From the NCBI GenBank assembly GCA_951406725.2, contig OX597818.1:108252001-108316000 (forward strand): DNA of 64,000 bases. The letters are read 5' to 3'. This document shows positions 51,258-63,723 of the stretch, in pieces (position 1 is the stretch's first letter; every line of letters begins with the position of its first letter). Source of the stretch: Octopus vulgaris. Lineage: Eukaryota. Both the position numbers and the translations under genes were made by a program. Under the pieces are notes generated by a model. It ran no database searches and was not told the origin of the DNA. It saw only the letters and a list, made by a program, of their open reading frames with translations.

Positions 51258-52634
51258 ATTCTTGGAATCTGGTTAGGTTCAGATCTCCAGATAGAGAAGA
51301 ATTGGAGCGAGGTGGCTCTCCTAACTCAGACCTGGTCTGAGCGGAAGCTGTCCTTGAAAGGGAGGGCGGAGGTTGTAGAGGTGTTTATCGCCTCTGTAAT
51401 CACTTACTGCCTGACCGTCGTGCCTTGCCCCGATTCGTGGCTTAACAAGCTGGAACGCATGCTCTTTCGCTTTTTGTGGAGGGGCAGCAGACCTCTTGTG
51501 AGGCGCTCTATTTGCTGCCAAAAGCCGCTGAAGGGTGGGTTAGGGATGTCGTGGCTAAAAATGCGCAGACATGCGCTAAGGCTTAGGCACCTCTGGCTTT
51601 ACCTGGACGGTGAGCAGGTGTAGTCTCCATTCGTCAAGCTGTTATTTCCTCAGTTCACATCGTTTACCAAATTGAACCCATGGATCAAGCGTAGACCGAG
51701 ATTGGGCGTGTGGCATGTAGAGTGCCATCAAGCACTCGTGCTCCTCTCCCAGTCGGGCAACGCCGGTGGTGGGGGTACTACCTCATTCTTCTATAGAGGG
51801 TTAGTAGAGTTTAAGTGTGACGACGTCCTGGGAGAAACCCTAGGCTTCGACGAAAATCAACTGGCCAGCCTGTTCCAAAGAACATTCGGTCCGGGGCCTA
51901 TGGATAATTACCAAAAGTCCCTGGCCTGGCAATGTTACAGAGGGGCTTTACCGGTTCGAGATAAGCTCTTTAGACATAGGTGTGCACCTTCGTCGGTTTG
52001 TGCAAGATGTGAGAGGGACAGTGAAACTGTCCTGCACGCGATTGTGCAATGCCCCAAGGTGACTGAACTCTGGGCTTATGTCGAACACCTGCTGTCGCAT
52101 TCGAGAAGAGTACAACTGTCGAGCGAATCTGTAATTAAGATCGTTCTGCCGACCTCCCTGAATAGGGAGGATCGAGCCTGTTTTCTCTCGGTAGTTGCTA
52201 TGGCGAAAGAAGTAGTATGGAAGACGAGAGTGAAAGGAATTGCAACAGGCATGTTCATTTCCAGTCTCGAGCTAATCGACTTTTTCGTTTTCCACATGAA
52301 ACGGAAAATAAGGCTGGAGAAGAAATGCCTGTCGCAAAGTGTGTTTCGTAAAAGATGGAAGTCTATAGCAAGTATGTTGCGAGTGAAAGAACCTGTTTAA
52401 ACGAGAATGTAAAAAAGGAGAAAGCAAAGTCTTCAGTGTGAGTATGTGGTTTGTGGGGTCAACCGCGTCCTCCGCTTCATTATTTGTTAATCACTCATTC
52501 TCATTTAATTATGTATATTTTGATTGTTTGTTTATTCATACGTTTCGTCTCATTCGATACCCTGACCCCAACGTTTGTTTTGTCTGTCCCCATATTGTCC
52601 CCTCTTTTTCTCAACCTTATGGTGAATAAAGAAA
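51258..52634 (+). mobile_element. 5'-truncated Tx1/L1-clade LINE (RT C-terminus and CCHC zinc knuckle) with one nonsense codon
   Basis: ILGIWLG..W..RKLSLKGR..FLW..GGLGM; CARC..ETVLHAIVQC; ORFs 51132 and 51672 share a frame, separated by TAG at 51621-51623; AATAAA at the 3' end. Confidence 0.9.
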
Positions 52635-52670
52635 TACTCTCTCTCTCTCCCTTTGTTAGTTTGTCCCTCC

Positions 52671-52707
<37 letters not shown>

Positions 52708-52766
52708 GTGACTTGTTTAAAAGATATGCTAGGAGGAATGGTCATTCATAATAGTTTGTACCCCCT

Positions 52767-52800
<34 letters not shown>

Positions 52801-53199
52801 GATTCGACAAATTCATTGTGGCATGTCATGCTTTGAAAAGACCGAATGACACCCCTCTCTGTCTATTTGTTAGTGTAGAATTGTTGCTAACCTGGTTCCA
52901 CTTTTGACCCGTAAAATTTCTGACCGGAACAAGAGCAGTGCCATAATTCTTGAGTTAGCCAGCTGAAATGTTGGAAAAGCGTGGTGGTAAGTTTGAATAT
53001 GTTTATCCAAAACATCTGTTTGCACTATTACATTTTTGGAGTGTTTTGAAAACAAAAATATAATCTATATTATATTTCTTATTTCAGAAGTAGCTAATTA
53101 ATTTAACTAAGGTTATTTTTCCGTTTTGTTGAAATTGACTTACAATTTACGCAGACGCTTACACGTGTGTTCTTATATAAGAGCAGCCTTTTTTCTAAA

Positions 53200-54365
53200 T
53201 GAGTGAAATGTGTGTTATAAACGATATTTTCATAAATAGTTTTTCGAAAAGAGACTTCGATGGAAAATAATTAATTATAAATGGTGGGAGACCAACACCA
53301 AATTTACCTAATTTGCGAAGCTACAGCAAGAAATTCACGAGACAATTTCAGGTTAATTTGTATGAAAAGAAAAAATGGTTAACTGGAAGTGTTGCTCTTA
53401 ATAAATTATTCTGTTGGCCTTGTTTACTTTTTGGCTTAGAAAAGAATGTTTGGAATGATAAAGGCCATGATGATTTAAATAATTTACATATGGCTATGCT
53501 AAAGCACGAGCATTCTCAAAGGCATATAAAATCTTTGATAGATCTTAAAATATTCGGGAATGTTCACATAGACTTTACAATTAGATGCATGTAAAAATCA
53601 AAGCATACAACATCATAATGAGAAAGTTAGACGAAACAGATGCATTCTGCAACGATTGATCAATGTTGTTATTATTTTAGGCCTCCAGGAATTACCGTTT
53701 CGGGGTCATTTTGAATCTGAAGGCTCTAATAATCGTGAAAATTATAAAGAACTCGTATATTTAATCAGTAAATATGACAAAAAAATGGAAAGTCATCTAG
53801 ATACAGCTTCTATCTTCAGCGGTCTGTCAAACAGAATTCAAAATGAATTGATCGATGCAATTCATTAAGTTATGTTGAATGAGATGCAAAAGGAAATCGA
53901 GCAAGCTAAGTTTGTTTCTCTTCTTGTTGATGAGACATCTGATGTCTCAGCATCTTCACAACTGTCAACAGTTTTACGTTATGTTACAGAAGACTGTGCG
54001 ACGAAAGAACGATTTATCGGTTTTAGGGATGTTAGTGCAGATTTTAAAAAACCAAGTGTAAGTCATTTAATGAGTTACATTTACAGCAGTGATCTTGTTG
54101 AAGCTATGCCAGAACTCTTCAATCTGTGCAAGTTGGTTTTGACAATTCAGTCTACCACTGCTTCTGTAGAGCGAGCCTTTTCTGCATTAAGTAGAATCAA
54201 AACATACCAAAGAAATGCGACAGGAGAAAGAAGACTGTCTGGGTTAGCACTAATGTCAACTGAAAAAGATTTATTACAACAATTGATGTAAAGAGAAGAT
54301 TTCTATGAAAATGTGATAGATATATTTGCCCAGAAAGATCGAAGAATTGAATTAATTTATAAATG
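53200..54365 (+). pseudogene. hAT (ZMYM1-like) transposase pseudogene with a large internal deletion
   Basis: LFCWPCLLF, KHEHSQRH, QELPFRGH, SNRIQNELI, LVDETSDVS, KERFIGF fused to TASVERAFSALSRIKT..RLSGLALMS. Confidence 0.9.
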
Positions 54366-54499
54366 AGGTAAATAACATTTTAGAACATTAAAAAAAATTT
54401 TAGTAGAAGACACTTGCCCAAGGTGTCACGCAGTGGGACTGAGCCCGGAACAATGTAGTTGGTAATCAAGCTACTTACCACGCAGCCACTCCTTTTCTT

Positions 54500-55345
54500 A
54501 GGGCATATATTATAGGTTTTGGTTAGGGTTTGTTATAACGTAAGGTTCGACCTTCTTACATCAGTATTGTTTCGCAGGAGAAATGGTTCGACTTCTTCGT
54601 CAAACCTAACCTACATAGATTTCCCTTTCTGTGCTGCTGGGTGTAGTCTATTTACTGCGGGATGAAAAACAAAACCCGTCAAAGGGTGGAGGAAATCTTG
54701 AGAGTCAACGGGCCATCCAATAAATGTCTTAAAGCTGTATCATGCGCGGGGACATAGAAATAATCGGATTGAATACCCGATCGCGCAGTTAAACCATTGG
54801 GAGTGAAGGACTCCTAGCCTTTGTCAGGGCATCTTTCTAGGAGAAGGCAACTCAGGTAACTGGGATAACTCCGACATAAAACCTGCGGCTCAGTGGTTAC
54901 TGATGATGTTGACTTCTTCTTCTTTTCGGATTATGGCTGCTGTTGCTTAGTGAGTGGGATTGACTCAGTGCACAGCCTTTCCTCACAGGCATTGCACGAT
55001 AACAACATTGATTAAGCTTCGTGCAATGGCCATACTCGATAACGAGGGGGCAGCCACCATGTATGTATGAATGAATGTATGTATGTATGTATGTATGTAT
55101 GTATGTATGTATGTATGCATGCATGCATGCATGTATGTATGCATGTATGTATGTATGTATGTATGTATGTATGTATGTATGTATGAATGAATGAATGTAT
55201 GTATGTATGTATGTATGTATGTATGTATGTATGTATGTATGTATGCATGCATGTATGTATGTATGTATGCTTGCATGCATGTATGCATGTATGAGTGTAT
55301 GCTTGCATGTATGTGTGTATGCTTGCATGTATGTATGTATATATG
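54500..55345 (+). mobile_element. Probable non-autonomous RTE derivative (5' UTR-like part plus short 3' end) with long (ATGT)n tail
   Basis: gggcatctttctaggagaaggcaactc resembles RTE 5' UTR motifs; ends gcagccaccat then (GTAT)n; no ORF. Confidence 0.5.
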
Positions 55346-55679
55346 TATTGCAAAATAAAAACAATGCCCTTCAAAATATCTTTATAATTCAAGTCAATGG
55401 TTACTACTTTTCTCTAACATTTAAATATTTCAGTGCTAGGACCCTTTTTCCAGTAAATTTATGGGGAAAAGTTGTTAATAGCTGAATTCTCTGTTCTGTA
55501 GTGTGTAAATTTCCTGAAAAAGAGTCTTAAGCCTGAAATATCGAAATACCAGGAAATTGTACAAACCATTGACTTGTATTTTCAATCGTTGATAATTTGC
55601 CTTGTTTTGACTTTAAAGAAATTATTTGAAACATATTTATCAGACAGTGGCTTAACATGTGTGTATGTATGTATGTACA

Positions 55680-56345
55680 TGGTGTGGCCATTTTGTTCAA
55701 ATGGCAGATGAACGTATGCCAAAACAATTGTTTTAAGGGGAGTTTGGAGGGGAAACATTATTGATGTAAACTTAAAAAAAGGTTTAAGGACGGCATAAGG
55801 ACTACTATGAAGTCACTTGGAATGGTTCCAGATGATATAGAAACCGTTGCTTTGGATCGAGTTGGATGGCAAACAAAGGTGTGGAGTGGAGTGAAAGCAT
55901 TTGAAGAGGCCAGGATAACACAAGTAAGACTCAAAAGAGATCTAAAGAAGAATGTAATGATCGAGACAGTGAATGACAATGACTTTTTTGTGTGCACAGT
56001 CTGTGACAGACCATGCCTGTCTTTTGCTGGCTTCAAATCTCATCTGCAAACGCATGGAAAACGAACTTCCACCAACTATTCTAACTATATGTCTGTGCAC
56101 ACCTTTGAATGCAGTGTATGCCAGAAGGTTTGCAAATCCAACGGAGGTCTCAAAAGACATTTTAAGTTCCACAAAGAACAGAACTTATCTGCAGCTATTG
56201 GTCATCCAAATCAGAGGTGCAATCTATGTCGTTGTCTTTTCAGAACATTGTCTGGTTTAAAAATCCCCATCAGACGCCATGATGGTGCTAACGTGTAGGT
56301 ACAGGAGGTGGTGAAACTCTGCCTAAGGAGTAGTCAACCACCACA
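55680..56345 (+). mobile_element. RTE LINE 3' end with three C2H2-type zinc fingers
   Basis: WCGHFVQMADERMPKQLF, RFKD, ALDRVGW; CTVC..SHLQTH, CSVC..RHFKFH, CNLC..PIRRH. Confidence 0.85.
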
Positions 56346-56889
56346 TACGTATGTCCATTCATATGCATGTATGTATTGGGGTTTGGGCAGGAGGAAGTAT
56401 TTGTTTATGTCTCTCTTGACTTTGCCACCGCTTGGGTAGTAGTGATGTATTCTTATGGCCAACCTAAACAACACAACCAGCAACTCAAAGATTCTCATGT
56501 GCAAAAACTAATGGAATACGGTGCCACATTTGATAACAAAGCTTGACACAATGACATGACCAGGTTTTAAAGGGAGAGAGAAAGAGAGAGAGAGAGTGAG
56601 AGAGTAACTAAATATAAAATGTTGCTATGTCGCAAATAGTTTTTAACTCATTGTGCATTTTCATTTTGTGTTAAGAATGACAAAAATAAAACAGCACAAG
56701 GAAAATGCAGTTTTAAAAGAAGCACAGAATTGTTATCTTGTATTTAAAACCAAAACAATGGAAATAGTTTTTGTGTGTAAGCTCATAAATTTCAAAACTT
56801 AATAAAAAAACTACAGAAACTGTTAATTATTTTTATTTCAAGCATAAAATGAAAACAAAACGAAGCAATATGAAAAATATACGAAGGCA

Positions 56890-57125
56890 CAAACAATAGT
56901 CTCTTTTCTCTAGAATTTATTCCATCAAAGTTATTTATTACTTCATTATAATTTACTTTCGTAACCAAGTCTCTTTCAATGAAAAGCAAAACTAACTTGG
57001 AACAATCCATCATTTCTCATTATAGAACAAAACTAGGATTTTATGTATTTTAGTCAATCTTTCAGCATCTGTGCCAGTTATTGGAAAGGTCAAAGAAGCA
57101 GGATACAATATGGGCAGGTTAGGAT
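56890..57125 (-). pseudogene. Degenerate hAT transposase C-terminus
   Basis: LTFPITGTDAER..LVLLFIERD..NYNEVINNF. Confidence 0.65.
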
Positions 57126-57289
57126 AAAGGATGGTCAGTTTTTCCATTCTTATGTTGCTTCTCTGTTCATATTCATTATTTGCATGTATTTGTAAGAAGT
57201 GGATATGTTTAAGCTAATAGCTTTAATATATGGAAATATATCAATTAATATTAGATCTAATGTGTGTATTAGAATTTAAAAAGATAAGC

Positions 57290-57950
57290 TGAAAGAGTTC
57301 GTTTTGCAATGAATAATGCATATGCTTCGTTTGCAAACCAAATTTCTAAACAGGTTATGTGTTCCAATGGGTGGGGAATTGCGTTCGTTCACTTGCAGAT
57401 TTTCATTTATCATGGAGCAAGTTTTGTTTTCGGAAAGATTTATTCAAAAGGCAGAAGTTTGGTTTCACTGGTGCAACTTCATGGATGTTGTAAACACTTT
57501 GATTGCATAGTCATTCCTTATTCTGGCATTTTTTGTGAGTATATTATACAAAATATATCCTTGGGATTTCAAAACCAAAAGAAATGGCAATGTGCTTAGT
57601 AAATTTAATTATCTTGACATTACGATTGAAGTACGTAGTCCGTTCTTGCTCACTAATCAATATAATAAAACTGAGGAATTCAGATTTAAGGTAACCGTTT
57701 TTCCGTGTGTTGTAAGCTGTTTACCTCAAGAAGTGTCTTACCTTGTGTTCACGGCTCAGATTATAAGATTTGGGAAAATAATTAACAAACATGATTAAGC
57801 AAGTAAAAATTGGATTACGCAAATGATACACAGAGTTTTAATACTAAAAGATTTATTAAGAAATTTAAATCTATTCTTGATGCACGCAGTAATATTTTCA
57901 ATAAATACAGAATGATTTGGAGTTTACAGCTGGCAGCTAAATCAAAAGAT
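57290..57950 (+). pseudogene. Degenerate Penelope-like RT
   Basis: NAY..F..KQV-PMGG; YLDITI..YNKTEEFRFKVTVFP..SCLP...Y.VF.AQIIRF. Confidence 0.75.
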
Positions 57951-58509
57951 TAAAATGATTGAGTGATAGGTTCATCATAATAAAATACAAATGGAATGAA
58001 AGCACAAGGTTTCTTAATGCTAGGAATTTGATTAAAGCAAATGGTTACACCAGAATATATTTAGTATTAAAAGATTAATTAAGAAACTTAAGCATATTTG
58101 GGATGTACACGACAATATTTTTGATTGAGTAAAGAGTAATTTTAATTGACAACTCCAAGCTAATTCAAAATTCTATCATAAAATAAGTTGTTAGTAATGC
58201 AGGCAATTATGGAATTGCAGAGGAATGTCTTGACCGTTAAATGGTTATGCTTAGACTGCATAGAGTCTAAGAGAAAGAACAACCTGGAATGGTCAATGTG
58301 TATTTTGTCCAAACACTGCTCATTGGATGATTACTTCCATTTCTGCCCTATTTAGGTTGACTCCAACCTTTTTTAGCCAGAATTCATGAAGGAGACAAAT
58401 GGCCAGAACATCTTCCTCCCAGTGGAAATGGTAACTTTTGAGGATATTATTAAGTTATTTCTTTTACAATTCAGTTTCATGTTTAATTTATTCGTTTCTG
58501 ATTTAGGTG

Positions 58510-58830
58510 TGAAGTCACATGGCTTCGTGCTTAGGGTATTCAACACACATTCGTGGAGTTGCGAGTTCAGTTCCTGGCAGTGTGTTCTGTCCTTGAGCAA
58601 GACACTTTACATTACCTTGCTTCGGTGCATTCAGCTGATGAAAATGTACTTGTAATTCACAAGGGGCCAGCTTTCTCACATTTTGTGTCATTCTGAATCT
58701 CCCTCAGAACTACGTTAAGGGTATGTGTGTCTGTAGAGTGCTCAACCACTTATTAATTTCATGAGCAGTGTTTCCTCCTGATTGGATCCCCTGGAACCCT
58801 CATCCCCATAACTGACACACAATACCACTT
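58510..58830 (+). mobile_element. Full-length tRNA-derived SINE family 3
   Basis: catggcttcgtgctta (A box), gagttcagttcc (B box), ccttgagcaagacactt. Confidence 0.8.
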
Positions 58831-59679
58831 ATCTGATTTAGACTGTATGCATATTCGGAGATTAAGTGTTCATTGTTAATTAGTTATTTGTTGGTTGTTA
58901 CTTGGTTCTGACTCTGTCCATGGAATGTGGCAGTGTTCATCGTTGATTGGGTTATTTTCTATTTTTCATATTTATGTTTTAGCTTATTCTTTTTAAGCAT
59001 TACTTATTGTTAATCAAATTGTTGATTGACTTGGGTAATTATTGATTTTGTAATTTATTTAATTGAATTTTGTGTTACTATGTAATTGGGTTTTTGGTGA
59101 TTAAGTTTGTAATTAAGATCTGGTTCTATACTATTCTGTTTGCATATTCCTTGCCAAAGTTAGATTATGTTTTGAAGGCTGTTTGGGCTTCAACAGAAGC
59201 AGCAATCTTGCTTAGAGATGTTGAAATCAGATTGATATCTGGTTACTGAAGAAGGAATTCCCAGGGCTCAGTGGCTCAGGCATTTGGCTTATAATGTTTT
59301 ACAAACTCCTCACAGCTGAGTCACCTCAACATGTTAAAGTCATCAGAGAAAATATTGTTTATGCTTGAAAATTGTGTGTAAATTGGAAAGAATTCGGTAA
59401 AAGCAATGAGTTGGTGAGGAAGCGGCTTTGGTGGGAAGAGGTGAACAAGTTGATTCTAGGAAATTAGAAGATACATTTTGGCAAGGTACTGTAAGTCTCT
59501 GCTGCAAGTTGGGAGTTGAAAGACTTTGCAAGCCATGCAAAGCAAGAATCTACCATTTTCTTTTCTTAGCAGCTTTGAATAGAAAAATAAATAAGTAAAC
59601 CACACAAATAAATAAATAAATAAATACTGCTACATGTTGCATCTATTTGCTCTCTAGTTTGGGCATCTAAAGCCAAGTG

Positions 59680-59934
59680 TGTATGTGATTGTGTGTGTAC
59701 GTGTGCATGTGTAGGTGTGTGCATGTGCATGTGTGTGTATGTGTGTGCTTGCAGTTGTATACATACATGCTTATATATGTATATAAATATATATGTATAT
59801 ATATGTATATATATATGTATATAAATATATATATATATACACACACATATTTATATGTTTGTATATAAACATTATACACATATATATATACATATATATA
59901 AACACATTCATATATATGTGTGTGTGTATATATA

Positions 59935-59980
<46 letters not shown>

Positions 59981-60078
59981 TAAATACATATGCATATATA
60001 TATTTGTGTGTGTATATATTTTATGTATGTATGTATACATATATATGTGTGTGTATGTATACATATGTATACATATAC

Positions 60079-60151
<73 letters not shown>

Positions 60152-60240
60152 CACATATATACAGACTTATACGCGTATGTATGTGTGTGTGTTGGAACAT
60201 ATACAGTAACACAAAGGCTTACACACACACACACACACGT
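59680..60240. repeat. (TG)n/(TA)n microsatellite block
   Basis: Directly visible. Confidence 0.95.
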
Positions 60241-60855
60241 GTTGCTTATTTATAAGCATCAGTAAATGCGCCTATACACACAAGTTTAGACCTGTATACA
60301 TTCTCTGGCTGCATAACTGAAACAAACCCACCAAGTAACAAGTGGGAAGGATATCTCATCCACTACATTATTCTTCCTTTCATAAGAAAAAATTAGGTGT
60401 GTCCCCTGCCTCCATTTTCTAGATTCTTACCAGACTTTTACATAATTCTTCACTCTTTTTCTTGGTGTTTCTATTTTGCAATTTCCAAAGGGCCAATCAC
60501 TATTCACTGCATTTTTTCATGACTCAGTGACAAGGGAGCATCATTCATTTTCCAGTTTCTTCTTAATACTTATATTATGCATTAAATTTTCTTTGCGAAA
60601 GTCAGATACATACTGATATATATATATATATATAGATTCAAATGAATATGGTACATATATATAAATATATATATAGAGAGAGAGAGAGCGAGAGAGAGAG
60701 AATATGAATTGGAGATAAAACCACTATTATGCAACTCAAACAGTGATAGACATAAACCAATACATTTATACTGTGAAATTTGATTGAATACTAAATTGAA
60801 TTTTTCCCTGTAAGTTTGGAGCTATACTCCCTAATATCATTATTATTATTATTAT

Positions 60856-60886
<31 letters not shown>

Positions 60887-60900
60887 CATACACACATAGA

Positions 60901-61115
60901 CGAGGGGGTGCTGGAAAGTTTCTGGCTTTAAGAGTATCATGAAAGGCCTGGTTGGAGTCCCAACCGTTCGCGTTCTTTTACAGGGCTTATAAAAACTGAA
61001 GGACTGCTGTGATAAGTGTGTGAATCTGAGAGGAGAATGTGTTCAATAAAATCATAATAAACTGATCTACCTGCATTTTCTTTTCCTAAAAGACAGGAAT
61101 TTTTCCATACCCCCA
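60901..61115 (+). mobile_element. Mariner-derived MITE
   Basis: Imperfect TIRs gggggtgctggaaagtttctggctt / aagacaggaatttttccataccccc; retains KCVNLRGECVQ* transposase end. Confidence 0.75.
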
Positions 61116-61229
61116 CATATATGCATTCATATATTTATACATATATACATGCATACATACATATATACATATATCATCATCATCATCATGGATTAATGTC
61201 TGTTTTCCATGCTAGCATGGGTTGGACGG

Positions 61230-61274
<45 letters not shown>

Positions 61275-61278
<4 letters not shown>

Positions 61279-61420
61279 TATATGAAAGAATGGAGTTGAA
61301 CGACTAGTTAACAAATATCCTTTATTCTTGACATATGTTTCGAAGGCTGCATATTCCTAATTCCGAAGGTATCAGTTATCTTTCGAATCATCCTTAATAA
61401 GATAATTCATTCAACTACTC
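61275..61420 (-). mobile_element. Truncated Penelope-type terminus related to 13340-13430; only the 3' half of the hammerhead is present
   Basis: Shared atggagttgaacga; minus strand CUUC-GAAA-C-AUAU-G-UC/AAGAAUAAA. Confidence 0.6.
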
Positions 61421-61454
<34 letters not shown>

Positions 61455-61802
61455 ATATATATGTATGTATATATATATGTATATATATGTATGTATATAT
61501 ATGTACGTATATGTATATGTATGTATATATATATGTATGTATATATATATATGTATGTATATATAGTATATATATATATATATGTATATATATGTATGTA
61601 TATGTATATATGTATATATATGTATATATATATATATGTATATATATATGTATATATATATGTATGTATATATATATATGTATATATATATGTATATATA
61701 TATGTATGTATATATATATGTATATATATATGTATGTATATATGTATGTATATATATATGTATATATATATGTATATATATATGTATATATATATATATA
61801 TA

Positions 61803-62112
61803 TACATCTGCGCACCCCCCTGCCTGACCCGTTAAAATCCTCAACCCACCCACCACCCGTTTTCAACATACATTGATAAACAGTTTGGCCATGGGCTCTT
61901 AGGAGCCCCGTTCGATTTGTTTTACTCCACCTCTGCTCTGTTTTTGTTTATTCCAACGGATTTCCTATTTCTTCCCGAAGAGAAAGACTCAATATGGTCT
62001 CATTATTCAATCGGAATTTGGTAAATTGTGCCTTTCGAAACACGTGTAGAATGCAATAAAACGATTTCTGTTCAATCTTCGTTCAACTCCATTTCTTCAA
62101 TTCACTAATAAT
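61803..62112 (+). mobile_element. Second copy of the Penelope pLTR from 13327-13660, hammerhead core mutated
   Basis: Close reverse-complement match; CCGAAGA instead of CUGAAGA at about 61975. Confidence 0.9.
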
Positions 62113-62139
62113 ATATATATATGTATATATATATGTATG

Positions 62140-62170
<31 letters not shown>

Positions 62171-62238
62171 ATTAATATGTATGTATATATATATATGTAT
62201 GTATATATAGTATATATATGTATATATATATATGTATG

Positions 62239-62309
<71 letters not shown>

Positions 62310-62315
<6 letters not shown>

Positions 62316-62686
62316 GTCTGGGGAGAGTCATTCTCTTTTGGTACCTTATAATTTAACACACTAACCAGTAAAATTTCCACATTTCTTTTTTATTTTTCTA
62401 ATATGCAGAATACATACATACAAATGTACACACATACATAAATATATACATATGCATACACACACACATGCATACATACATGCATGTATAGGCACACGCA
62501 CACACACATACACTGATCCACACACATGCGCACAAACAAAAAGGAATGCAGTGTGAGTAATGGACAGAGTCAAAACTATTGAAAAGGTTGCAATGAAAAT
62601 TTTAGAAAAATAAAAACGAAATAAGTGGAAATTTTACTCGTGAGTGTGTTAAATTAAAAGGCACCAAAAGAGAATGACTCTCCCCA
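62310..62686. repeat. Inverted pair of ~85-bp arms around a (CA)-rich spacer
   Basis: ggggagagtcattctcttttgg..tttttcta and tagaaaaa..ccaaaagagaatgactctcccc. Confidence 0.8.
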
Positions 62687-62699
62687 TCCTGCGAGCCAT

Positions 62700-63200
62700 G
62701 AATTCACTTCATTTGTCGGGTCTTTGCAGTCACAGCATATCTCCAGAGGTTTCAGTCTTTCACCATTGCCTCTGTGAGGCCCAACGTTCGAAGGTCACGC
62801 TTGACCACCTCATCCCATGTCTTCCTGGGTATATATATATAATCATCATCATCATCATCATCATCGTTTAACTTCCGTTTTCCGTGCTAGCACGGGTTGG
62901 ACGGTTCGACCGGGGTCTGGTAAGCCAGGGGCTGCACCAGGCTCCAATCTGATCTGGCAGTGTTTCTACAGCTGGATGCCCTTCCTAACGCCAACCACTC
63001 CGCGAGTGTAGTGGGTGCTTTTTACATGCCGCCGGCACAGGTGCCAGAGGAGTTTGGCATCGGCCACGATCGGTTGGTGCTTTTAACGTGCCACCGGTAC
63101 GGAAGCCAGTCAAGGCGGCGCTGGCATCGGCCACGTTTGGATGGTGCTTTTTATGTGCCACCGGCACAGGTATCACAACTACAATTTCCATTGATATTTT
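62700..63200 (-). mobile_element. RTE ORF C-terminus (62700-62830) and a separate RTE 3' UTR copy (62843-63200)
   Basis: PRKTWDEVVKRDLRTLGLTEAM; three GTGCC/GGCAC-type units. Confidence 0.85.
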
Positions 63201-63723
63201 TCATGTGTATGTCTCCATACATATATATATATATATTTTGATCAAAATAAATCAAAAATATATATATATATATATATATATATACGTATGGAGACATACA
63301 CATGCAAGTTTCCTTTGAATGATGTTATATTTAGTTCTTCGTTATGTTTGGCACTGTTGTCCATATCTGTTAAGCTATGCTCATGACGAAATAGCAGCAG
63401 AGGAGGATGCTGAGTAATAACGCTGTATGCATATATGCCTATACACTCACACTCACAAAAACACACATCCATATACATGCATAGAAAGACACTCACACAA
63501 ACCCACACAGATACACCTGAGTATACATGAAGTGCGTTGTATAATAAGGGTGTGATTGAGAAAGAAGGTGGGAATGTACATCAGGTGTGTCAGTTTTAAT
63601 TCTGGGTGTTTTGTTAGATGCCATTGATTTCAGCAGGGTTAGAAATGTCTACTTCTGAGGTTACTGGCAAGATTAAATGTGGCATTAAATTAAGATTATC
63701 CAGGAGTAATTTGTTATGTCTAC

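Noticed and set aside
60690-60840. Possible Penelope terminal fragment between microsatellites
   Set aside because: No second copy or diagnostic motif within the window.
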